DNA from: Eledone cirrhosa
Lineage: Eukaryota
DNA: 64,000 nt
NCBI GenBank assembly: GCA_964016885.1
Contig: OZ024742.1
Coordinates: 224,998,001 to 225,062,000, forward strand
Reading direction: 5' to 3'
Below the pieces are notes generated by a model. That model was not told where the DNA came from and did no database searches. It saw nothing but the letters and a program-made list of their open reading frames with translations. Shown here piece after piece: positions 15,486 to 26,829 of the stretch. The position numbers and the translations under genes are program-made. Within the stretch, counting starts at the first letter, position 1, and the number at the start of each line of letters is the position of its first letter.

Positions 15486-16399
15486 GCAGCAGCAACAACA
15501 AGAGTACTTTCGCAGCTACAGCGGCAAAGAGCCAAACGCTTTATAATTACGACTTAACAGAAAAAAAATGAACGTTTGGTCCAGGCGGAAAACATTATAA
15601 CTAGAGAAAAGACCTGGGCCAACTTTAACGTCACGGCAGAGGTGATGGCAGCAAAGGAGAAGAGAACACTGAAATATAGATGTATTTCAGTGGAATCTCG
15701 AAAATCCGAGACAGCCTCTGAAGGACAGGTAGAGGCTGCACTGAAATGCATCAACAATAATGACATAGAGCATATAGCAAGGGCCAAACATTTTGGGAAC
15801 ATCTTGGTGCTCTTCAAAACTGAGGCCCTTGCTATCAAGTGTTCTGTGGTAGCCTGCTAAACGGACCAAATAATCATGTAATCATCCTACATTTGATCGG
15901 GAGGGCAGGCACTATACCTCTGTCTTGCGGTGGTAGCGAAAGAGGGTGTGTGGGGGACCAGGTTTAAAGGACTGAAGACAGACACTTTTCTCTTCGGCCG
16001 ATCCCTCGTCAACCTTTTGCAAGTTTCACTTGGAAAGAAAGGCGAGGGTGGAGAGAGAAGTGCTTCCCCCCCCTTTAGTACAAGGTGGATGAATGTAGGG
16101 AGAATGACCCGTGTTAATGGGCCTACTCTGATCATGCGCCTATAGGTGGCTTAATTTGAGGAGGTGAAGGGTGCTCTTTCCAAGTGTCCTCGAGCGTTGG
16201 GTGGTTCAGGATTGATGAGGTACCTGAGTCTCCCCTAGGTGGTTCGCCCACCTATTGAGGAATTTATTTTGTTATATTTTTATTAATTGTTTTTGTTAAT
16301 TTGTTTTTTACTCGATTTTATTGTAAATACTCACTGTCCCTGTCTTTATATAGTCCGCTATATGTCGGCTCTAGTGACCAATAAATGAAACAATTATTA
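15011..16399 (+). mobile_element. Internally deleted Tx1/L1-type element (5' UTR and ORF1 N-terminus fused to ORF2 C-terminus and 3' UTR)
   Basis: Follows (ATT)n. TLKYRCISVESRKSETASEGQVEAAL aligns with ORF1 of the 19-24 kb element. Near 15887 it switches to AKEGVWGTRFKGLKTDTFL..RVNGPTL (end of ORF2). Ends AATAAA..ATTATT. Confidence 0.8.
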
Positions 16400-16404
16400 A
16401 CTAG

Positions 16405-16685
16405 CCACTCTTCTCGGAAGGACTTCCGTCTACCTGGTCTGTTCGAGATGCGCACGGGGCGACGAAACCATCCTGCACTCACTCATCCAGTGTCAGAGCA
16501 TTGCTGACTTGTGGGTTTATGTCGAACACCAGCTACACCTCCGCATTCTTTTAGCCAGGATGGGCAGGCTGTTTTTATTTGTCTGGAGGTCATGCGAAAT
16601 AGGTTGTATGGTGGACACGTCTGAAACGGTTGAAGACAAGCACTTTCCTCTTCGGCGAAGCTCTGACTACTTTTTCAGCTCTTTC
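16405..16685 (+). pseudogene. Additional Tx1 ORF2 fragment (C-terminal zinc-finger region)
   Basis: GATGCGCACGGGGCGACGAAACC..GCATTGCTGACTTGTGGGTTTATGTCGAACACC matches the reverse complement of about 19500-19760. Confidence 0.75.
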
Positions 16686-17052
16686 TAGCACTCCTTAAGG
16701 CCTATCCAAGGGTAGATGACTTATATTTTAATGCAGCGTGAGAGAGATTTTTTAGCAAAGACCTAAACGTACAGACGAAAAGAATCGTGGTCTTAATGAT
16801 GTTTACCAAAATCGATAATTGGTGATATATACTAATTACTGTAATCTATATTGAACATTTTATTTCACTGATTCTTTGAAACAGGTCTGTCTATGTAAGT
16901 AGAACATAATCTTCATGTAAGTACACCTTAATTCTAACACCTAAGGATAAGTTTTTAAATTTGTATTTAAATCATTTGCTCACTATATATGTACAAAATA
17001 CTAGTTTGTATTTCAATTGATATATTCACGTATATATCGTTTGCAAATGTGT

Positions 17053-17182
<130 letters not shown>

Positions 17183-17580
17183 CCTATTCAGATATATCAG
17201 CTTTACTACTAACCAGCCACGATGCTAGGAGGGGAGCTTCTCTCTCAGCTACTGGGTAATAGTATATTTATTTTTTCTACAACACACGGACCTTTTCACT
17301 AATTAGTAATTTAGGGACTTGTCTTAAACCTTCAATAAGCAGTAAATGGCATATTGCTTACCTCGACCTTTGTCATTCATTACTTATAGGACCTATAAAA
17401 TAAACACCATGCACCCGCCTCTCTCTCTATCTATCTATCTATCTATCTCCCTATCTCTCTCTCTATATATATATGTATATATAACGGGAACAAAACAGAG
17501 AGGCAGTACGAACAAAGGTTTATTAGCTTCACGCTCTTGAGAGTGGAGTGGTGGTATATAATATATATATATATATATAT

Positions 17581-17776
17581 AACGAAGGAAATGTGGTAAG
17601 GAACCAGGTGGACCATAACGCACCAAAGTACTCAATACTTGAGGTAGTAGAGTGGGTAATAGGAACCAGTAAGACCCCGACAGCTGAGCTCAAGCCGTTT
17701 CGACGGCTAATTCTGGACTGAGTCCAGAATTAGCCGTCGAAACGGCTTGAGCTCAGCTGTCGGGGTCTTACTGGTT

Positions 17777-17781
<5 letters not shown>
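17581..17781. mobile_element. PLE pLTR-type fold-back module in (TA)n; perfect palindrome 17659-17781 carrying the 3' half of an HHR
   Basis: 61-bp arms around G17720. Contains GAAA-CGGCT tgagctc AGCTG-TC-GGGGTC. A related copy lies at about 54015-54070. Confidence 0.75.
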
Positions 17782-17816
<35 letters not shown>

Positions 17817-17979
17817 TCAATCTATCTATATCTACCGATCTATTTAACTAAGTATCGATCCATGCATATATATATATATATATATATATATTTTTATACA
17901 TATCTACTTATCCATCTATATAACTATGTATATCTGTACATCTACCTATGCATCCATATATATATATACACACACACAC

Positions 17980-18012
<33 letters not shown>

Positions 18013-18021
18013 CACACACAA

Positions 18022-18072
<51 letters not shown>

Positions 18073-18119
18073 AACACACACACACACATATATATACATA
18101 TATATATATATACACACAA

Positions 18120-18190
<71 letters not shown>

Positions 18191-18191
18191 A

Positions 18192-18222
<31 letters not shown>

Positions 18223-18292
18223 CATATATATATACACACAAACACACACACACATATATATATACATATATATACACACAAACACACACACG

Positions 18293-18350
<58 letters not shown>

Positions 18351-18395
18351 AACACACACACATATATATATACATATATATATATATACACACAA

Positions 18396-18459
<64 letters not shown>

Positions 18460-18476
18460 TTGTGTGTTTGTGTGTG

Positions 18477-18533
<57 letters not shown>

Positions 18534-18894
18534 TCTTCCCTCTATATCTTTCTCTCCTCGTCTATCTTATCATTCCATCAATTCATCAATAAGAGGGCAT
18601 AAAGCAACATTCCATCGGTGGAATATCACGAGAACAGCAAAAGAAGGAACAGCACAACCAGAGCGACCATGTTCAATTACTGAAAGTAAATTACATTTCC
18701 GAATATTTTATGTGAAGCCTGATGTGAGATGTCACTGCCTTATCTGTAGGGACCAACCAGGCTGATCTCCCCTGTCTCTCCTACACCACCAACACCATAG
18801 ATGCCACCATCACCACTACCATTGCCACAACTAAATCCGTACAACAACAACATTTTTCCATTGTCCCTTCTACAACAACACCACCATTTATTCC

Positions 18895-18927
<33 letters not shown>

Positions 18928-19334
18928 AATATGAAGAGGGAGTAAAGAGGTTGGAAAAAAATGTTTCGGTGAAAGAGAGAGATAGAGGGGGGTGAGTGAG
19001 AGAGAGAGTGAGTGAGAGAGAGAGAGGGAGGAAGGGAGAGAGAGAGAGAGACAGACAGACAGACACAACTAACATCAATGACTGAGACTCAAAGAACAAT
19101 AATAGTAATAATGCTTTCTTTATTAACCACAAGGGTTTACATAAAGTAGACATTAAAGACAGTACAGGACAATACAGGATGGTACAAATGGGCATTTCTG
19201 CGTGTAAAAAAAAACAAAGGATGTAATAAAAAATAACAATGAAAAATTCCCCAATAGGGGGGAGACTTCCGAGGGACATTTGTGGAGAAAGCCCATTAAA
19301 AGGCCACAGTGACCCTGACCACCAGGGCAAGTGC

Positions 19335-21955
19335 CCTCTCCCAGTTTTGCAGACACATGCTCAGAGTAGGCCCATTTACTCGGGCCATACTTGCTTCTCT
19401 CACCCATCTTTCAACAAAATGCTGGGAAGAGAGCACTTCCCTCTCTACCTTGATTTTCCTTTTCAAATGAAATTTGAAAAAGTTAATCAGGGCATCACCG
19501 AAGAGGTAAGTGCTCGTCTTCAGCCCTTTCAAACGTGTCCACCGTACTATTTCTTTCGCCATGGCCACCAGACAGATAAAAACTGCCTGCCCTTCACGGC
19601 TAAAGGAAGGGGGCGGGGCAATCCTCACGATGGACTCAGCTGATAGCTGGATCCGTCCTACACGTGACAGCAGGTGTTCGACATAAACCCACAAGTCAGC
19701 AATGCTCGAAACTGGACGAGTGCATGCAGGACGGTTTCGTCGCCTTGCGCGCATCTCGGACATGCCCGGCTGACGGCACCTCCATGCCTGTAGAGTTTAT
19801 CCCGAACTGGCAAAGCTCCTCGGTAGTACTGCCAGGCCAGGGATTTCTGGAAGTTGTCCATAGGCTCCGGCCCGAAAGTCCTTCCGAAGAGATTGGCTAG
19901 TTGATTTTCGTCGACACCTAGAGTTTCTCCAAGTACGTCGTTGCTCTTCCCCTCCACTAATACTCTATAGGAACGCCAAGGTGGAGTTTCCACCGATCAC
20001 ATTGCCCGATTGGTCGAGGGCTGTGAGTGCCTGAAGACATTCCAGTCTCCAAGCGCTCCCTCTCGGTCTTCGCTTGACCCAGGACTGCAGCTCCGTCAAG
20101 GAGACGAGCTGGGGAAAGCGATCCAGCCTCTGAAGACGGGCCCAAAGCCAGCCGCCCTCAGGACTGCCGCTAGGTAACGATGGTCGACCCTGTCGAAAGC
20201 TTTCGACTGATCTTAATTGATCAAGGACCCACCCGTGCCAGGTTCCCTAGCTACCCTCCCTACGATGTATCGCATGAGGTGGAGGTTGTCGTGGGTGGAT
20301 CTGTCGGGAATGGCGTATGTCTGCGCCTCTCCCACCAGACCACCAACGACAAGCGCCAACCTCTTTGCTAGCACCTTGGCTAAAATCTTGAACTCTGTGT
20401 TTAGCAGAGTTATGGGCCTGAAATTATCTATGTTATCCCCCTTGTTCGGATCCTTTCTCAGCAGTGCCATCGCTCCTCGGCTCACAGAGCTGGGAATTCT
20501 CCCGTTCTGTTGCCAGTTGCAGTAGATGTCCGCCAAGAGGCCTCCGAACAAGTCTGGCATTTGTACGTAAAGTTCATAGGGCAGACCATCCAAACCAGGC
20601 GATACCCCTTGTGCAGCCAGTCATTGCCTCCCTCCCTTACTTCAGCGGCTGTTATCGGCTTTTCGCAACACTCCGCCTCAGTGGCCGAGAGCCGCGGAAG
20701 TCCGTCGAGGTAGACACTAAAGTCCATCCCTCGACCCAGCCCACCGCTGCCTCTGAACAGCTGAGCGAAGTGTCGCTGAAAAGCTTCACACATTTGCCCG
20801 GGATCGAGTAGCATGCGCCCGTCGTGGTTCACCAAAGACCGGATCGTGGCTTTGTTGCCACGACGCGCCTCCGTCACTCGGGCCCATTGAACGGCTTTCG
20901 TCCCCTCGTGTCTGAGAGCACGCACCTTAGCTCTGACAACGCAGCCTTCGTGCTTTGCATTGAAGAATTGGTCAAGGGCCAATTTCGCCGCAAGCACGTC
21001 GGTCGCGATGTCTTTTCTAAGCGCCTCGTCTAATTTTCTAACTAGTTCTCCCTCTGCTCTATTTTTCTCTATTGCTAAAGCCTTACTAAACCTAATGGAT
21101 TCTATTCTAATCGCTCTTTTCAGAGCAAACCACCACTTGTTGTTGACGATGGCCCCCGTCAACGCCTGCTTAACTAGTTCGCTAATCCGGTCTCTGGTAA
21201 GGACGCGTTTAGCTTCCAGTAGCCGGGTCCTCGTCTATGAAGCCTATCTAAGTCAAGTACACAGATCACGGATTTGTGGTCCGTGTAGCTGACTATCTTG
21301 AATTGTGGACAGCCTATGCTAGACCTATCTATTTCCCTACAAAATACTCTGTCTAGATATGATCTGGATGACCCTATGCGATTTGTCCAAGTCCACATTG
21401 GTACATTCGGGAAATCCAATCGGTACCTGTCAGACAGTTCAAAACGCCTGAGCAGGTTGGTGAGGCTCTTGCACCCTCCTCCCCTATCCGCTAATCCCAC
21501 ACAGTCCCAGCGTGCATCTAAGATCCCGTTCCAGTCGCCCACTAACACTAAAGAGCGGGACGTTCCAAGAAAGGTCTCCAGACGCCGGAAGAAATCAGGC
21601 CACCCTGCTCCTATCGGGGCATAGACGACCACTAGCCTGAAAGCTTGCCCGTCTCCGCTGGTCACGTCCAGCACCACCGACTTACCCTCTGGGTCCAGGA
21701 AGATGGCCTGTATGGCGAGATCCAAACCTCTCCTAAAATGCACAGCAACTCCTCCCCCCGATCCAGGACGGCTGGGAGATGCGTACACATCGAGCCGCCG
21801 AAGATCGGTGCGAATGCCCGTGCTTCGGAGATTCTGGTCTCGCTGATGGCCACTACATCTATGTTTAGTGACCTGAGGTCGTTGAGCAGGTGGCCCTGCT
21901 TCCATGACGACCCCAAGCCACGCGTATTTATGCTGCCTATTCTGAGTGAGGTCAT
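19335..21955 (-). pseudogene. ORF2 (APE endonuclease, partial RT, CCHC finger), disrupted
   Basis: APE motifs IGSINTRGL, VAISET, VYAP, GDWN, LDRVF, TDHK, YWKLN. RT motifs GLPYELY, FRPITLLNTEFKILAK, DQSKAFDRVDH. C-terminal CPRC..ETVLH. Confidence 0.9.
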
Positions 21956-22019
21956 GTTTAAAATAGAGTGGAAAAGATGGGAAAGACCACTTACCGTACT
22001 TTTCGTAGAGGAAGGATGG

Positions 22020-24082
22020 TTTTTCCATCCCTTTTCACTTGATCGTCTGATGAAGGGACCGTTGAATCGTCCCTTCGGCTGGTCGTCGGCTCTTCTATGA
22101 GTATGTCCGAATATACTCTCCGGTTGAGAGTCCCTCCTAGGTCTCTGAAATCACCAACTACGTTGGGGAATTTCGTTTTAATGTTTGTGTATTGTTTCTG
22201 TGCTATTTTTAGCAGTCTTAGGTTAGTTGGCGTTTTGATTGGTGCTGGTATTATGTAGTCGTGCTGTGAAATGTCTGTGTGTTCAATCATGTAAGTCATT
22301 AGTTTCATGTTGTGTGTATTTATTGCCGTGCATTTGTTGTTCTGGGGGTGGGGTGTGATTCTGCTATTTTCTTGTCTTTGTTGCTGGGTGTGTGTGTTTT
22401 GTTGTTGTGTTTGCGATGTTGGTGCTTGTGGTGGTGGTGTTGAAGGTGTTGTTGTTGGCGGTGGGGTTGTCGCCGGTGGTGATGGTGGTGCTAGTGTGGG
22501 TGGTGATGGTGTTGGTGGTGTTGCTGCTGTGAGTCTCTTTGCAGTAGCCTTTACCCTTTTTTCATTTCTTTCCTCCCTTTTCGAAGGCGACGATGCCCTG
22601 CTTCTGCGTTTGTGCCTTCTTACGACCTTTTGCCATCCCTCTCCCACCGCACTCTCCATGTCTGATTCTGTGAGGTCGGGGAGGGGTACCAGCTCCACTC
22701 TTTCACTTGTTGTTGTTGGTGATGTTTGCACTGGAGTCTCTGTTGCAGCTGCATTTGGTATTGCTGTTGTTGTTGTTAATACTTCCACTGCTGCTGCTGT
22801 TTTTGATTTCCGTGACGTGGGTATGGGTGCCACGGACCTATCGTTCCTGGTTGCCGCTTGTCCTGTTGCTGGTAGCCGTGGAGCCGGTTTCGGAAGGAGG
22901 GGGTTTTCTCCTTTCTCAAGGTCTTCTCGTTGCAGAAGGCCCTGAGGTGAGTCTTCGATCCACAGCGAAAGCATTTCGGGCGTTTGCCCTCAACACTTAT
23001 GGGCAGTTGAGTGCCGTTATCGAAGTCTATCACATCCGGGATAGCTTCGAGGCACTCCTGGTTAGTTTGGATTAACATCTCAATGGGGGTGCCGACCCAA
23101 TCTTCTCTTACTTTTTTCTGAACTTGCAGTACAGTTGTTTTGTCCTCGATTCCGACGAGGACTGACGCGGCCAGCCAAGAAGGGTCCATTCCGGGGGGGA
23201 GATGGGTCAGTTTGACCCTCACAATTTTTGCCCGCAGTAGGAGGGCACCAACACCATTTCCTCGCTCCTTAGGGTCACTAAGGATTGAGCCTTTGCCTCC
23301 TGGGGTGTGGCAAAAAGCTCGTCTACGGTGGCATATTTCTTGCCTCGGGTGATGTGCGTTTTCCGCTGCCACACAGACCCTAAGGCTTTTTGTATTTGAG
23401 CCTCTGTGGCTCTTTCAACCCTACGGGATTTTGTGCTTACTGTACGGTACGTGACCGTACAGTGCTGCTCGGTTTCGAAAAATGTTTCGGCTGCCTTGCA
23501 GATTGCTCGGTGTCCGGTTTTTGTCACCATCTTCTTCGCTTCCTCTAATTCCTCATTTGTTATGAGGATGGTTTCCAGGTTCTTTGCGATACCTGCAAAC
23601 GAGATTGGTTTTTCTTTGCTGCTGTTGTTGTTGTTGTTGTCGTCAGAGCTGCTGTTACTTTTGTTGTTGCTGCAGGTACTACGACTACTGCCGCCGCCGC
23701 TGTTGCTGTGGTTGTTGTTGTTGTTGCTGCTGCTGCTCTTGTTGTTGCTGCTAATGCTGTTGTTGTTTATGCTGCTGCTGTTGCTGTTGCGGCTGCTACT
23801 GTTGTTTTCCTTGTCACTGCTGCTGCTGTTATTACGGCTGCTACTGCTATTATTCCTGACGTCATACGAATGAAATGGGTTTTCGTATTTCCCGCACACC
23901 TTTTTCGTCGTTGTCGTCGTGGAGAAATCTTGCACGCTTTGCACGTGATTTTTCTTTTCTGGCGTCGCTTGCGAAAGAGAAGGGAGGGAGAGAGACAATC
24001 TTCTCTCTGCTGTAGTGACGATTGAGGAAGAAGAAGACGGAATGAGTGGGAGTGACCTATGAAAATTCTTTTTCGTAGCCAT
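22020..24082 (-). pseudogene. ORF1 (gag-like, zinc knuckle), split over three frames
   Basis: MATKKN..N/S-rich..VKLTHLPPG..LPISVEGKRPKCFRCGSKTHLRAFC (Cx2Cx4Hx4C), followed by a P/T/Q-rich tail. Confidence 0.85.
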
Positions 24083-24298
24083 GTTTTCTTTTTTGTTTAA
24101 AATAAATATTGGACACAAAACCCCAATTAGCGGTTATTTAACCCCGAAGGGCCAAATAATGGGCAGAAAGATCCCTCTCACGAGGAGGAGGGTGTTTTTG
24201 TCTACAATTTGGTTAAAGTTTTAAACAATTTACAATTATTGTAGCGGTCAAAATTTACAATACCTTACAGAGCCGAGCCTCCGTCAACCATAGCATTC

Positions 24299-24612
24299 AA
24301 TAATAATAATAATAATAATGATTTCTTTATTGGCCACAAGGACTGACATCAAGAAAAACATTACAGACGGCACAGGACGGTACGATGTGGATTTTGTGCT
24401 TAATAATAATAATAATAATAATGATTTCATTTATTGGCCACAAGGGCCGACATATAGGGGACAATACAAAAGACTGGGACAGTGGGTTTTTACAGAAAAA
24501 TCGAGTAAACAATATGAATAACAATAACAAAGTAACAAAGTAACAAGAAAATTACAAGAAAATATTCCCCAATAGGGGGGATGACCACCTAGGGTTCGCT
24601 CAGGTACCCAAT
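24299..24612 (-). mobile_element. Two short 5'-truncated 3' ends of the same Tx1 group, stacked in (AAT)n
   Basis: (AAT)n-GATTTC..TTTATTGGCCACAAGG occurs twice and resembles the 3' end at 19097-19270 (including TTCCCCAATAGGGGGG). Confidence 0.7.
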
Positions 24613-24624
24613 AATAATAATAAT

Positions 24625-24739
24625 AATTGTTTCTACTTTAGGCACAAGGCCAGTAATTACCCAGTGCATTACTGGTACTTTATTTTATCGACCCCGTAAG
24701 GATGAAAGGCAAAGTCAACCTCGGCGGGATTTGAACTCA

Positions 24740-24740
<1 letters not shown>
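24625..24740 (-). mobile_element. SINE family A, 3' half
   Basis: TTGTTTCTACTTTAGGCACAAGGCC..ATCGACCCCGTAAGGATGAAAGGC..GGATTTGAACTCAG. Confidence 0.85.
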
Positions 24741-24779
<39 letters not shown>

Positions 24780-24918
24780 TCACATCCACACACACACACG
24801 TACATATATATATAAATACACGCATACACGTACATATATATATATATATATAAACACACACATACACACACACTTATATACAGTGGAACAGAGAAAAGTG
24901 TGTGTGTGTGAGAGGGAG

Positions 24919-24979
<61 letters not shown>

Positions 24980-25070
24980 AGGATACAAAAGGGGAATGAA
25001 GTTCAGTGAAATATAGAAAGAGATATATTTTATGAAGAGGGAGTAAAGAGGTTGGAAAAAATGTTTCGGT

Positions 25071-25134
<64 letters not shown>

Positions 25135-25387
25135 GTGAGTGAGAGATAGAGAGTGAGTGAGAGAGAGGGAGGCAGGGAGAGTGAGAGAGAGAGACAGACA
25201 GACAGACACAAAGAGAGAATAGCATTATTTTCCGATAGTTATTTCAAAAAATAAATTGTGAATTTTCATTTGTGTTTCAGTTAATTTTCTCAACTGACAA
25301 ACATGCATACATACATACATATATATATACATACATACGTCCGTACATACACACATACATACATGCATACATGCATATATACATACA

Positions 25388-25880
25388 TGATGGCTGCCCC
25401 CTCGTTATCGAGTATGGCCATTGCACGATATACCATTGCTGTGCGTGAAGATATTTTTTTAAATGAGGAAAGACTATGCACTGAACCAATCCCACTCTCT
25501 GAGCGACAGTAGCTATAACCCGAAAAGAAGAAAAGATCAACATCATCGGTAACTACTGAGCCGCAGGTTTTATATCGGAGTTATCCCAGTTTCCTGAGTT
25601 GCCTTCTCCTAGAAGAATGCCCTGACAAAGGCTAAGAGTTCTTCACTCCCAGTGGTTTAACCGCGCGGTACATCTGTATATACATATTTACACACATTCG
25701 ATGGCCGTTGACTCTTATGAGTTCTTCCGCCCTTTGTCAGGTTTTGTTTTTTGTCCTGCAGGGTGTCCAAAAGCACCCTCCTCACCAAGTAAACTTGGTG
25801 GGGGATGCCGGTTTAGTCGCCGACGACCCACCCATGCGACAGGTTGTTCTGGGTTACGGTAGCACTCAAGAGTGACCCGT
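25388..25880 (-). mobile_element. Bipartite non-autonomous RTE element, subfamily C2
   Basis: Structured 5' end, the RTE-5'UTR-like motif TAGCCTTTGTCAGGGCATTCTTCTAGGAGAAGG, and a 3' end followed by an (ATGT)n tail. Matches 36924-37518. Confidence 0.75.
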
Positions 25881-26098
25881 CATACATACATACATACATA
25901 CATACATAGACACATACACAAACTGATACATACATTCATACATACAAACATACAACCATACATACATAGACATACATACATACATACATACACATACATA
26001 CATAGACACATACATACATACATACATACATACATACATACATACATACATACATACATACATACATACATACATGCATACATACATGATGATGATGA

Positions 26099-26460
26099 TG
26101 ATGGCTGCCCCCTCGTTATCGAGTATGGCCATTGCACGATATACCATAATTAATAATTATTAATTAATACTATCGTGCAATTATTAATTAATACTATCGT
26201 GAAGATATTTCTTAAAGTGAGGAAAGACTGTGCACTGAGCCAATCCCACTCTCTGAGTGACAGAAGCTATAACCCGAAAAGAAGAAAAGATCAACATCAT
26301 CGTTAACTACTGAGCCGCATGGTCGGGTCGTCGGCGACTAAACCGGCAACCCCCACCAAGTTTACTTGGTGAGGAGGGGGATTTGGGACACCCTGCAGGA
26401 CAAAAAACAAAATCTGACAAAGGGCGGAAGAACTCATAAGATTCAACGGCCATCCAAAAG
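26099..26460. mobile_element. Subfamily C2 copy with a 5' inversion
   Basis: The 3' part is on - (26099 to about 26318). The 5' part follows on + (GGTCGGGTCGTCGGCGACTAAACC..). Confidence 0.75.
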
Positions 26461-26829
26461 TGTAAGGATGAAAGGCAAAGTTAAACTCCGCGGGATTTGA
26501 ACTCAGATCATAAAGGGCCGTAACTCTTTGCTGCAAAGCATGGCGCCAAACCCTCTACCGATACTGCCAAAATGTTAAGCTTTTGGTATGATGATCGAAC
26601 AAGGAAGTCACTTTTTCAACAGACATTTAGTTCTATGCAAAGCTAAGGAACTGACCGTTATCTGAACCCACGTGCGGGATTAGAAGGGAGAGAACCCCTA
26701 GTTTTGGCGGGTGAATTCAGTATGTGTGGTTCATGCAAAATTGCAAAATATCACAAAACGAATTAAGCTCTCGACAGAATAGTTTATAAAATTAACATCA
26801 GCTATTAATCAGTCAATAGAATTAACTAA

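Larger units (their letters stand above)
19097..24298 (-). mobile_element. Tx1/L1-clade non-LTR retrotransposon with both ends present, frameshifted and RT-deleted, inserted in (AAT)n
   Basis: ORF1 with a CCHC knuckle; ORF2 with APE, partial RT and a C-terminal zinc finger. 3' AATAAA then a (TTA)n tail near 19100. The 5' end abuts (AAT)n at 24299. Confidence 0.9.

Noticed and set aside
18590-18790. Possible host exon in unique sequence
   Set aside because: Splice signals are weak, the peptide is unrecognisable and no partner exons are visible.
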